A stretch of 64,000 bases of DNA from NCBI GenBank assembly GCA_963845755.1, contig CAWJTV010000011.1, forward strand, positions 1,376,001-1,440,000, given 5' to 3'. The stretch is from an uncultured Planctomycetota bacterium. GTDB taxonomy: Bacteria > Planctomycetota > Planctomycetia > Isosphaerales > Isosphaeraceae. Positions 1 to 10,183 of this stretch are shown in pieces (within the stretch, counting starts at the first letter, position 1; each line of letters begins with the position of its first letter). The notes under the pieces were generated by a model. The model did not search any database. It was not told the DNA's origin and saw only the letters and a program-made list of their open reading frames with translations. Both the position numbers and the translations under genes were made by a program.

Positions 1-1002
1 CCCTCGAGCCGGAGCCGGCCCCGTATGTCGGCGCGGACGCCTGCGCCGAATGTCATCGCTCCACTTACGACACGGTCCTCAACAGCCGGCACGGCACGAC
101 ATTCGCCCGCGCCCGCGATGCTCGATCGCTCCCCTTGCCCGATCGGCCGTTTCCCGACCCGGCCGATCCCAAGGTCCAGCACCGGTATGAGCGCCGGGAC
201 GATGGCATCCACGTCGAGACCCGGGTGGGCGACCAGGTGTTTCGCGCCCTGGCCCGCTACGCGCTCGGTTCGCCCGATCACTACGTGACCCTCACCGGCC
301 TGGACGAGCAGGGACGCTCGCGCCTGCTGCGGATGTCGCATTACGATTCGCCCAGGGGAGCGGGGTGGGACATCTCCACGGGGCTGGTGCCCCACCCGGC
401 TCGTCCCGACCAGTTCCTCGGAGAGCTGGCGGATCCCGGGGACGGAGAGCGGCGGTGCCTGGATTGCCACACGACCAACTTCCGCGCCATCGAGGACAAC
501 GTCGGTCCCGAGTCGGCCGATCATGCGATGGGTTGCGAGCGCTGTCATGGGCCGGGGGCACACCATGTCCTGGCGGTCGAGGCCGGGTTCTCCGACCGAG
601 CGATCATCAGCCCGGGCCTGCGCACCCCGAGAGACGGTCAACCGGCTTTGCGGCTACTGCCACGGCCTGACCGAGCCGCATGGCTTTACCGGCGAGCCGG
701 ACGACCCGGGCTGGTACCGGTTCCAGACCGCGCGGTTGCAGAAAAGCCGCTGCTACACGGCCAGCGGCGGCCAGCTCCATTGCGTCACCTGCCACGATCC
801 ACACCGCAAGGTCGAGACCGCGGCGCCGCCCTACGAGGCCAAGTGCCTGAGCTGTCACGGGACCGGCAAGACGACCTGTCGGGTCAATCCGGCCAAGGGC
901 TGCGTCGGCTGTCACATGCCGCGCGCCTGGAGGGAGCCGACGCACTCATTTCAGTCGGACCATAACATTCGAATCGCCGCGCCGCGGCCCGCCGGATCGT
1001 GA
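1..1002 (+). CDS. Multiheme c-type cytochrome, 5' part outside the window; one frameshift near 620
   Basis: Seven CxxCH motifs across two frames: CAECH (about 42), CLDCH and CERCH in the frame of ORF 135..965, then CGYCH, CVTCH, CLSCH and CVGCH in ORF 523..1002. Confidence 0.85.
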
Positions 1003-1120
1003 TCGACCCTTACGACGCTCCTGTCGACGAAACTCGTTGGGGATTCGGCGGATTGTAAGATCCCCGCGCCTGTCGATCATCCCGTCCTCGATGCACCGCG
1101 ACGGTCCGGGGGATCGTAAG

Positions 1121-2791
1121 TCATTTCCGTGCCAGACAGAGCAGGGTGATGTCATCGAACTGGGACCGATCGACGACGAACCGCTGCACGGCCTTGACGA
1201 TCGCATCACCGGCCGCGGTGGCTCCCGGACCGGCGCCGGCGATCGCCTCCCGCAGCCGGCTCTCGCCGAACCGCTCGTTGGCGGCATTCATCGCGTCGGT
1301 AACGCCGTCGGTGTAGAGGATGACCGTCTCGCCCGCCTCGATCGTGGTCGTGGCCGTCTCATAGGGATAATCGGGCATGATGGCCAGCGGCAGGCCCGAG
1401 ACGTTCTTGCCCAGCTCTTCGAAACGTCCGTCACGGCGGCGGATCATCGGGCAGGGATGGCCCGCATTGACGACGCTCAACCGATGGCTTTGAACGTCGA
1501 GGATCACCAGGAGGAAGGTGATATACAGGTCGAGGACGCCGCCGTCGTCGAACTGATGGTTGAGCTGGCTGACGACCCTGGCGGGGTCGGGGTCGCCCTG
1601 GAGGAAGAGCCGGACCTCACCCGAGAGTTTGGCGGACAGCAAGGCGGCCGGCATCCCCTTGCCCACCACATCCCCCACGGCAATGGCCCATCGGGTCGCG
1701 GCGACGCCACGGTCCGCGGCCCCGGCGCCGTCGCGGAGGGGAAAGAAGCCATAATAGTCACCGCCGACGTGCCGCGCCGGCTCATAGTAGGCCCAGAACT
1801 CGTAACCCTGCACCGACGCCGGCCGATCGGGTAACAGGGCCAGCATCACTTGCCGGGCGAACAGGAGCTCCTGCTCCATCTCGCGCTGGCGGACCAGGGC
1901 CTTGTGCAACCGCGCGTTCTGGACCGCCACGCTGATCTGGTTGGCGACGGCGACCAGCAGGTCCAGGTCATCCTGATCGAACCGCCCCCGGCCGTCGCGC
2001 GTGTCGATCTGCATGATGCCGATCGGCTTCCGGTCCTGATCCAGCAGCGGCACGCACATCAACGAGCGGATTTGGCTGTCGGAGACGCTCTCGCTCTCGG
2101 GGAATTCCTTGGCCAGGTCCTTGGAGAGGATCGCCTGGCCGTCGTTGAGCACCCGGTTGAGGATCGTCTGGCTGATCGTCAACTCGCCGGCCGGACCGGT
2201 CCGCGACCGGATCACCTCCGGCACGAGGGTGTCGCTCCCCGGCTCTCGCACCAGCACGAAACCGCGCTCGGCCCGCGGGAAGATCTCGAACAGTGAGTTG
2301 AAGATCCGATCGAGCAATTCATTGAGGACCAACGTCCCGCCCAGCTCCTGGCTGATCAGCCGCAAGGCGCGCAGCTTGGCCTCGGGCTGGACCAGCGGCA
2401 AGTTCCGGTCGCTCTGGTTCAACAGGTCGATCGCCACGTAGACGGTAGACTGCTCCTCGTCCCCCTCCTGGATCTGGACCACCCGGCTGCTGAAGCACAT
2501 CAGCACCTCGCCGATCTGGATCGTATTGCCCTCGTTGAGCAGCACCGGCTGGGCCAGCTTCTGGCCGTTGACGAACGTACCGCGCAGGCTGCCCAGGTCC
2601 TTGAGCACGAAGCCCGTGCTCTTGCGCAGGATCGCCGCATGCTTGCGCGACACGGATTTCGGCTGCAAGACCAGGTCGCATTCCGGGTTGCGGCCGATAA
2701 TCGTCAGGTCGCGATCGAGCGTATAGAGTCGTCCCGTGAACGGGCCGTTGATGATCTGCAAGGTCGGGACTATCGTCTGCGGAGCTGCCAT
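1121..2791 (-). CDS. FHA-GAF-SpoIIE (PP2C-type) protein phosphatase
   Basis: Canonical FHA (IGRNPECDL..VSRKHA..GTFVNG), GAF (IRSLMCVPL..GIMQID) and SpoIIE motifs (VGGDYY, GDVVGKG, NAGHP, YTDGVTDA, DDITLL). ATG at 2791. Confidence 0.93.
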   Translation of the reverse strand: MAAPQTIVPTLQIINGPFTGRLYTLDRDLTIIGRNPECDLVLQPKSVSRKHAAILRKSTGFVLKDLGSLRGTFVNGQKLAQPVLLNEGNTIQIGEVLMCFSSRVVQIQEGDEEQSTVYVAIDLLNQSDRNLPLVQPEAKLRALRLISQELGGTLVLNELLDRIFNSLFEIFPRAERGFVLVREPGSDTLVPEVIRSRTGPAGELTISQTILNRVLNDGQAILSKDLAKEFPESESVSDSQIRSLMCVPLLDQDRKPIGIMQIDTRDGRGRFDQDDLDLLVAVANQISVAVQNARLHKALVRQREMEQELLFARQVMLALLPDRPASVQGYEFWAYYEPARHVGGDYYGFFPLRDGAGAADRGVAATRWAIAVGDVVGKGMPAALLSAKLSGEVRLFLQGDPDPARVVSQLNHQFDDGGVLDLYITFLLVILDVQSHRLSVVNAGHPCPMIRRRDGRFEELGKNVSGLPLAIMPDYPYETATTTIEAGETVILYTDGVTDAMNAANERFGESRLREAIAGAGPGATAAGDAIVKAVQRFVVDRSQFDDITLLCLARK

Positions 2792-3276
2792 GGCGTTGTC
2801 CGCGCGTTCGTCGCGCCTCCCTGGCCGAGACCACCTCACGCTCCTACCGCCGGTCGTCCCTGATCGCGCGAAAAGGAACCTGTGTTACCCACTAACGGAT
2901 GGATCCGCCCGCCGGCCCGCAGCCTGTCCTCAGCCCCTCTTCCTGGACAGGATCCCACGCCGAGCCTCGGCGCGGACGCGGACATTTCCGCCCCCGCACC
3001 AGGATCCTTTCCATTCTTACCATATTGAGACGATCAAGAAACGAGGGGGATCTTCCGAAAAAACGCCAGCGGGGCGGCCCAGGCACCGGTTACTTCTCCG
3101 CGATTCCCGTGCCGAGGGTCAGATTACCCCCGGCCAGTCAAATCCGCACGTCGGTCAGGAAAGTCTGCCCTATTGACTTGACAGCCACTATAATCGGGGG
3201 GAGCAGGGAGATAGGCCATCGTCCCGAGGGTGGGACGACGTGGCTGGATCATCACCTCGGTTTTCCGGAGGTTGGG

Positions 3277-3916
3277 ATGAGCTCGATCGGTTCCCTGACC
3301 ATGTGTATCCAGAATCTGCGATCGCCCGATGGCCGGGCGACGACCACGCCGCCCAGGTCATCTGGGAACGGTTCGCGAGCCGATTGCAAGACCTGCGCGC
3401 CGCCACCTCGACCACCGAATCCGGCGCCGGGAGGACGAGCAGGATATCCTCCAGAGCATGTACGCCAGCTTCTGCGTGGGCCAGCGCGAAGGCAAGCCCT
3501 CGCCGGCCAGCCGCGAGGAACTCTGGCGCCTCCTGGTCCGGATCACGCTCTGCAAGGTGGTCAACACGGTCCACCGCAACTATGCTATCTGCCGGGACGT
3601 ACGGCGCGAGCGCGGCGGCCACGACGGCCTCGCCGCCGGCACCCCCGTGTTCCCGGGCGGCTTGCTCGACCAGGTCGACCGCGCCTCGACCGACCCCGGC
3701 GAGAAACTCATCATGGTCGAAGAGTTCGATCGCCTCCTCCGCAACCTTCCCGAAGAGCTCCGCCAGATCGTCGTCTGGAAAGTCGACGGCTTCACCAATG
3801 CCAAGATCGCCAAGATGATGGGACGCACGGTCCGCTGCGTCGAGCTCAAGATGCAGCTCATCCGCGCGCTCCTCGGCCAGGATCCGGCCGGCGCGAGCAA
3901 GGCGGAGCTTGTTTGA
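3277..3916 (+). CDS. ECF-type sigma factor (planctomycete type), two frameshifts near 3335 and 3395
   Basis: GGAG RBS then ATG 3277 (MSSIGSLTMCI). Continues AAQVIWERFASRL, then DEQDILQS..LWRLLVRIT, ending in a region-4 HTH (LPEELRQIVVWKVDGFTNAKIAKMMGRTVRCVELKMQLIR). Confidence 0.85.
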
Positions 3917-3979
3917 AAACGTCAATCAAAGCGGAATGTCGGCCAAAAAACGTTCATTCCGGTCCTGAGGGTGTCGGCA

Positions 3980-4122
3980 GAGGCTGTGAAAAAATCGATC
4001 CAAGACCACAAATTCAAGATTCAAAATGATGTAAGCCATGTCTGCATGAGATATTACGTCCATTGAATTCGGAATCTTGAATCTGGAATTCGGAATCTCC
4101 TATCCGATTCTTTCACATCCTC
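3980..4122. mobile_element. Putative MITE, about 143 bp, with imperfect terminal inverted repeats
   Basis: Left end gaggctgtgaaaaaatcgat matches the reverse complement of the right end, gaggatgtgaaagaatcggat. AT-rich interior with attcaagattc / gaatcttgaat arms. Lies between convergent genes. Confidence 0.6.
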
Positions 4123-4930
4123 CGACCGAAAACAGGGAATCGCGCGTCCAGTACTGAATCAAGATTCCGGCCGCCACAGCGACGTTCAGCGAGCTGGCTC
4201 CGGGGCGCATGGGGATCGTGACGGCGCGCTCGCACAAGGCGAGCCACTCGGGATCGATGCCTTCGTGTTCATCGCCGAGGACCAGCCCGAGCCGTGGCGG
4301 CCGGGCGACGTTCTCGAACGATTTCGAGGCGGGATCGGCGACGGCGGCGAGGAGTGCGATCCCCGCGGTTTGGGCCAGCCCGCCGGCCACGTCGATCAGA
4401 CGGTCGCACACGATCACCGGTAGCCGCAGCACGGCCCCCATCGAGACCCTCAACACGCGCCGAGAGAACGGGTCGGGACACTCCGGTCCCACGAGGATCG
4501 CGTCGATCCCGAAGACGTCGCCGATCCGCGCCAGCGCTCCGAGGTTCTCCGGATTGCTGAGTTTTGGGCAGATCGCCAGGAAAACAGGCTGGTCGGGGCC
4601 CCCGACGATCGCCTCCAGGCTCGGCCAGGGACGACGCTCCGCACTGGCCAGCACGCCCCGGTGGAACGGGAAACCGACGATCGCGTCGACGAGTGCATGA
4701 GGCATGACATAGACCGGCACTTCGTCGGCGATCGCCACGTCGAGCTTCGAGTCGTAGCGATCGGTGACGAGGACCGAGACGACGGGGAACCGGCTCGCCA
4801 GCAGGCGCTCGACCAGCCGCTCGCCCTCGACGACGAACTGGCTCAGCCGCCGCGTCTCGTTCGTGGCCTTGAGCGCGCGATAGATGGCGATCCGGGGGTC
4901 GTCGAGATCGTCGATGGGGATTCGGGGCAT
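4100..4930 (-). CDS. TrmH/SpoU family RNA methyltransferase
   Basis: FVVEGERLV, GFPFHRG, NPENLGALAR, LVLGDEHEGI and IPMRPGASSLNVAVAAGI (SPOUT motifs). Confidence 0.92.
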   Translation of the reverse strand: MPRIPIDDLDDPRIAIYRALKATNETRRLSQFVVEGERLVERLLASRFPVVSVLVTDRYDSKLDVAIADEVPVYVMPHALVDAIVGFPFHRGVLASAERRPWPSLEAIVGGPDQPVFLAICPKLSNPENLGALARIGDVFGIDAILVGPECPDPFSRRVLRVSMGAVLRLPVIVCDRLIDVAGGLAQTAGIALLAAVADPASKSFENVARPPRLGLVLGDEHEGIDPEWLALCERAVTIPMRPGASSLNVAVAAGILIQYWTRDSLFSVGGCERIG

Positions 4931-4983
4931 GGAAACCGGTCCTGGGGACTGTCGGCTCCACCACGGATCGCTGCCACGGAGGT

Positions 4984-5700
4984 TTATTCCAGATAGGCAT
5001 CAACGGCCGCGGCGGTGTAGGTCCGTTCGAGATCGACGGGAACGGCCGAATGGACGTCCAAGGGCAGCGGGAGTGTAGGCAGCTTTGAACCCGGGGTCAG
5101 CGGCGGCTCCCAGATGGCGAGGAATCGTCCGCCGGTCGCCGCGGGCTCACCGACCCGATAGCTCACCGCGAACGGCGGCGGCAGAGGCCCGCGATCGACC
5201 GATAACTCGGCCGCAATCTGATCGGCGAACGAGAACCCGATCGGACGTCGATGCACGTCCACCAGCAGGAGATTGACGGCTTCGTGCAGATAACTGAGAT
5301 AACGCGCCTGGTAAATTTCACGAGCCGAGGCCCGGTCCTTGTTACGCGGCGAAATCAATTCGATGGCCGCGATCAGTCGCCCCTGCCTCTCGACGAACAG
5401 GGAGGTCCCCGGGTCGAGCGCAAAAACGGCCACCTCGATCTCGGGCTCGATCGCCTCTCCCGACGCGGACGTTCCATCGCTCTCCGAGGGATCGCCTGCC
5501 ATGATCGGAGCATCCGCCAACCGGTGGACTCCGACATCGGGACGGCCCTCGGGCGCGCCGACGGCCACGACAGGCGCCGAGCCAATGTAGGCCCGATAAC
5601 CCGCCGGCAATCGCGGCTTCACCCACCGAAGAAGTTCGGTGATCCAGAGATGGTGCATTCCCTCCCAGCCCGAGCGGTCGGTCCAATCGTGGAACGGCAT
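4984..5700 (-). CDS. DUF4058-like protein (planctomycete PD-(D/E)xK-like family)
   Basis: MPFHDWT..WEGMHHLWI, RPDV, AIELISPRNKDR, LLLVD and LPTLPLPL..VDLERTY. Confidence 0.8.
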   Translation of the reverse strand: MPFHDWTDRSGWEGMHHLWITELLRWVKPRLPAGYRAYIGSAPVVAVGAPEGRPDVGVHRLADAPIMAGDPSESDGTSASGEAIEPEIEVAVFALDPGTSLFVERQGRLIAAIELISPRNKDRASAREIYQARYLSYLHEAVNLLLVDVHRRPIGFSFADQIAAELSVDRGPLPPPFAVSYRVGEPAATGGRFLAIWEPPLTPGSKLPTLPLPLDVHSAVPVDLERTYTAAAVDAYLE

Positions 5701-5932
5701 GGTTGTCGAACCTCATCCAGAACGAGCCAGGAACTTCGCGGACGGAAACATCGCTTGACTTCAGTATACTGTCGGACCAGGAGGATCGGAATCGGCCTGA
5801 GAGCAAGCATGCCCAACGAACGCAACTGTGAGTTCGGGTGAATCTCGTTTTCCCCGAAAAACTCTGATTGCCAGCGGTCTCTCGCGACACTACTGGAAAA
5901 CACCAACATTCCAGGCGCATTCTTCAAGGTCC

Positions 5933-8900
5933 GTGAACCGTGATCAGCGAACCCTCCCGCGCGGCACCAAGATACCTGTCGGACCTGTTCCGGAACGGCA
6001 CGCCGGCCGCCCTGAGCGACAGCGAGCTGCTGGACCGGTTCGCCGTGCGCCCCAGCGAGCACGACGAGACCGTCGAGCTGGCCTTTGCCGCACTTCTGGC
6101 TCGACACGGCCCGATGGTGCTGCGTGTCTGCCGTGCGCAGCTCGGCGATCGGCACGAGGTCGAGGATGCCTTCCAGGCCACGTTCCTGGTCCTGGCCGTC
6201 CGGCGCGGTCGATCCGTCGTCGCGGTTCGGTGGCATCCTGGCTTCACGGAGTAGCGCTCGCATCGCGGCCGCGGAGCGCTCGCGTGCGGCGCGCCGACGG
6301 CGGCACGAACAAACCAAGGCTGCAATGACCTCTTCCACGACCGAAGAGGCGGAGAACGATCCGGTGCTCGACCGCGAGCGAACGCTCATCATCCAGGAGG
6401 AGATCGGTCGCCTTCCCGAGAAATACCGGGCGGCGGTGGTCCTGTGCTATCTCGAAGGCTTGACCCACGAGATGGCCGCCGAACACCTCGGCTGGCCGGT
6501 CGGTTCGGTTCGGAGCCGGCTGGCCTGGTGCGAGAGCGGCTTCGCGTGCGGTTGACCCGCCGCGGAGTCGAGTCCGCTGCCCTCTCATGCGATCGGTCGG
6601 GAACGGCGAACGACCGGGAATCGGCCCCACCGTCGGTCTTCGTCGCGACAAGCCTGGTGGACACAACGCTGGGCGGGGCCTTACGAATTGGGCTGGGCAA
6701 GCCCGCGCTAACTGGGATCGTCTCGGCCGAGGCCATCGCGCTGATGGAGGGGATCGTGAAATCCATGACGACCGCGAAAGTGATCTTCGTGACGGCCGCG
6801 ATCCTCATCGCCGGTCTGGTGACCGCGGGGGCCGGTGTGCTGGGCTATTCCGCGACCCACGCGGAGAATCCCGCGCCAGCGGTTACCCCAGAACAAGCCG
6901 CCAGCCCACCGGCCACGGCCGCTCCGGTCGCGCAAGATCCGCCCCGTACCACCGCCACGAAACCGGCCGCCAATCCCGGGCCGCTCGTCGTGCAGATCGA
7001 AGTCGTCGATCCGGAGGGGCATCGGCTGTCTGGAGCCGAAGTCGTCACGACGATCTCGTATACACGCGGCACGGAGAACGCCGACTCGGTCCTCGAGCGA
7101 GCCCGCTCCGACGGCCAGGGCCAGGTCCGGCTCGAGGTCGCTCGCGAGCGCCCGGCGCGAAAGTCCAGGGTGCGTTCGTCTGGGCCTATCAACCCGGCCA
7201 CGCGATGGCGACGACGAGCTTCTCGCTGATGAATGGCACATCTCCGCCGACGACCCGCCTGACGCTTGATCAACCGGTGAAATGGACGATCACCGTCGTC
7301 GGGCCGGATGACCGGCCCATCGCGGGACTTCGCCTCGCTCCCCGGAAGCTTCGGAGCTTGGTCCGCAGACCCACGATGAGCGTGCTTACGATCGCCTCTG
7401 ATGAGCTGCTCGAGCCGCTGACGGTGACCACGGACGCCCAGGGCGTGGCCACGTTGTCCTATCTTTCTCGAGACATGGCGCCCCTGTCGATCGAGGTGAC
7501 CGGTCCCGGAGTCGCCCCGCACACGCTACCGCTCGACACTCCCATCGGGAATGCGACGACCCTCAAGCTCGGCGGCTCCGGGCGGGTGGTCGGCATCGTC
7601 CGCACGGCATCCGGCGAGCCGCTGACCGGCGTCCCGGTGGAAGTCTGGGTCCAGGGGGCGGGGACTCTGCCGGCCGGTGTCGGCATCCCTGGCCTGACTC
7701 GCCGGATCACGGCCGACGCGATCGTCCGGCCCGATCCGCAGCCCGTGAAAACCGGCCCGCAAGGTACGTTCCAGACTCCACCGACCCTATTGAACGGTTC
7801 GGTGTATCGCGTGGCCATCCGGCAAGACGGGTTCGTGCCGTTCGTCTCCGACTGGGTGAAGCTGGACGGCGAACGCGCCACGATTCCGCTCATCCGTCTC
7901 CAGCCGCTCCAGAAGCTGACCGGTCAGATCCAGGACCGCCAGGGCCGTGCGGTCGCCGGTGCCCGCGTCTTCCTGCCGTCGGGCGGTCCCGCATCGACGA
8001 CCGACGCCAACGGCCGATTTGCGCTGACCGGCATCAACCCTGGAAAGGCCGTTCTCCTGGCCGAAAGGAGCGGTTTCCGGCTCCAGGGCTGGCTGGTCGA
8101 TCCGTCGTCACGGGCCGAGGTGGGGTCATTGACCTTGGCTCGCACGAGCGAAACTCCCGAGCGTGTCGTGAAGCCACTCGCCGACCCGATCCCACCCGCG
8201 GAATCCCGCGCCCTGGCCGACCGCCTGCTGGAGCCCTTCTTGCGCGACACCCCGGAAAACGCCGGCAGCGCCCGCAAACTGCGGGCGATCTCGGTGCTGA
8301 GCGAGTTCGACCTCAACCGCGCGCTCGACCTGTTACAGAACGGTAAGTTCGCCGATGATGATTTCCAGTATGAGAACATCCGGGCATCCTTGGCGGACAA
8401 GCTTGCGGCGAAGGACCCCGTGGAAGCCGAGGCGTTCATCGAGACGATGCCCGATCCCTTGATGAAGAGCCGCGCCCTGGTGAGTTTGGCCAGCGCCCTT
8501 CCCGCTTCGGAGCGCGTTCGGAAGCAAGCCTTGATAGAACGTGCGATCACACTGTCCAGGGATCGGCTCCGACAGGTCAACGCCAGAGCACGGCTGTTTT
8601 ACCTCTCGGGGATCGCCGAGCAATGGCTGGACATGGGCGAGCGCGATCGAGCCCGGCCCCTGCTTCAGGAAGGGAAGTCCCTCTTTGATTCCCTCCCTCT
8701 CCAGAATGCTGTCCGAGAAACCCGTTTTCTGGTCCAACTCGCGCGGCTCGAGACCGATCAGGCCCTGACACGGTTGCAGAAGCTCCCGAAACGGACGAAT
8801 ACGAGGACTCGCGACGATGCGCTGGCCGCGGCCGCCGCCGAGCTAGCGACCGATCAGCCAGCCGAGGCCGAGCGGTTCTTCAATCAACGAGAGGGCGCTG

Positions 8901-9643
8901 GGGACCCGTTTCTCTCCCACACCAGCATCATGCGACTGTGCCGTCGCCTGGCCCGGATCGATCCACCGCGCGCCCGTCGCGTCGCCGCGTCGCTGAGCGG
9001 TCGCGGCTCCCGGGCCTGTGCCTGGGCGTCCGTGGCGCTCGGCCTGGCCGAGAAGGGCAACGCCGAAGCCACCGAGGCACTGGACCGCGCCATCCAGGAG
9101 ATCGATCAGGTTCGGGAGTCCGGACCGGGTCCCGAATTCATGATCATCGTCGGCGGCGTCCGCTTGATGTACCCGGCCAACCCCGCCGTCGTGATCCTGC
9201 CGGCTGTCGAGCGGATCGCTCCCGATCGGCTGGCTGACGTTTTCTGGCGCGCCGTGGCGCTTCATCCCCGGCTCGAAAGCGAACGTGAGGATCGATTCCA
9301 GAACTCGTTCGTGGGCTTCGAGTGCATGCTGCTGTCGCGTTATGACCGCGAGGTGGCCGCCGCACTCTTCCAGCCGATCGATTCCTACTTGAACGCGCTC
9401 GCCAGCGAGAAAGGTCGCAGTCCCGCATTCACGCCCAGCCTCATCATGGGCAAGTGCTGCATCGACCCCCGGTCCGCCGTCGTGCTGCTCGAAGCACTGA
9501 CACCGCCTCGAGCTCTCAACCGCGAGAACGACCCTACAATCGTGGGGCGGCTCCGCCTGGCCGAAGTGCTGGGCCTGCCACCCGAAAAACGCTGGACGCG
9601 GCTCTGGCGTTCCATCACCGCCCAGCTCCCGCTCGACGATTGA
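5933..9643 (+). CDS. ECF sigma factor with TM and a long extracytoplasmic extension (ECF57-like); about 5 frameshifts
   Basis: LSDSELLDRF..AFAALLARHGPMVLRVCR..EDAFQATFLVL, then SVASWLHGVA, LPEKYRAAVVLCYLEGLTHEMAAEHLGWPVGSVRSRL, a TM segment (VIFVTAAILIAGLVTAGAGVL), carboxypeptidase-regulatory-like beta repeats and a helical C-terminus. Start approximate. Confidence 0.85.
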
Positions 9644-9823
9644 TGGAGCCTCTCCGTTCCTCGATCCGTGGATCTCCCGAGAATCCTCAGCTCGGCCCCG
9701 TGCCGACGGCGAACTGTTGCATGCCGCTCACCGTGACCAAAAGAGTGAGCGAGGAATGTGTCTCTGGGACTGATATCCTCCAGGCCCTCCCAAAAAGTCG
9801 CATCGGAACGCCTGGAAGAAGTC

Positions 9824-9978
9824 TTAGAGTCGTCCTCCGTAGGATCGCTGCGCCGTGCGCGCATCTGGGGATTCCGAATTCCGGATTCGCGATTCCGGAT
9901 TCCCGGATCATTCCCCTTCGGGAATCCGGGATCGCGAATCGGGAATCCCGATTGGGTTGCGGCCGAAGGCCGCGTTAG
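9824..9978. repeat. ~150-bp palindromic interspersed repeat (MITE/REP-like), copy 1
   Basis: Near-identical to two copies at 34263-34565. Internal hairpin gggattccgaattccggattcgcgattcc...ggaatccgggatcgcgaatcgggaatccc. TTAG at both ends. Confidence 0.9.
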
Positions 9979-10170
9979 GGAAAGCGGTCGCTTTGATGCT
10001 GAAAGTTGACAAGGACCCCCAGAGCGGTGTCCGCGCTTTCAGCCTCGTCGATAACGCGACCTTCCTGGCCCGGTACGACCGCCAGGTGGCCGACGTGTTC
10101 CTCGCGCAGACCGCGGCATCCCTCCCACGCGGACTCAGGGGGGACATTCGGTCCGACTTGACGGGCATGC
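9979..10170 (+). pseudogene. Relic of a paralog of the ECF extension C-terminal domain
   Basis: KAVALM...FLARYDRQVADVFL resembles RAVALH...LLSRYDREVAAALF in the upstream gene. No start or full-length ORF. Confidence 0.45.
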
Positions 10171-10183
10171 GGGCCGAGGCGAC

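Noticed and set aside
3173..3194. Sigma70 promoter (TTGACT/TTGACA and TATAAT) upstream of the ECF gene
   Set aside because: Spacing is only 10 or 5 bp instead of about 17. A -10 may be real, but a canonical promoter is not supported.
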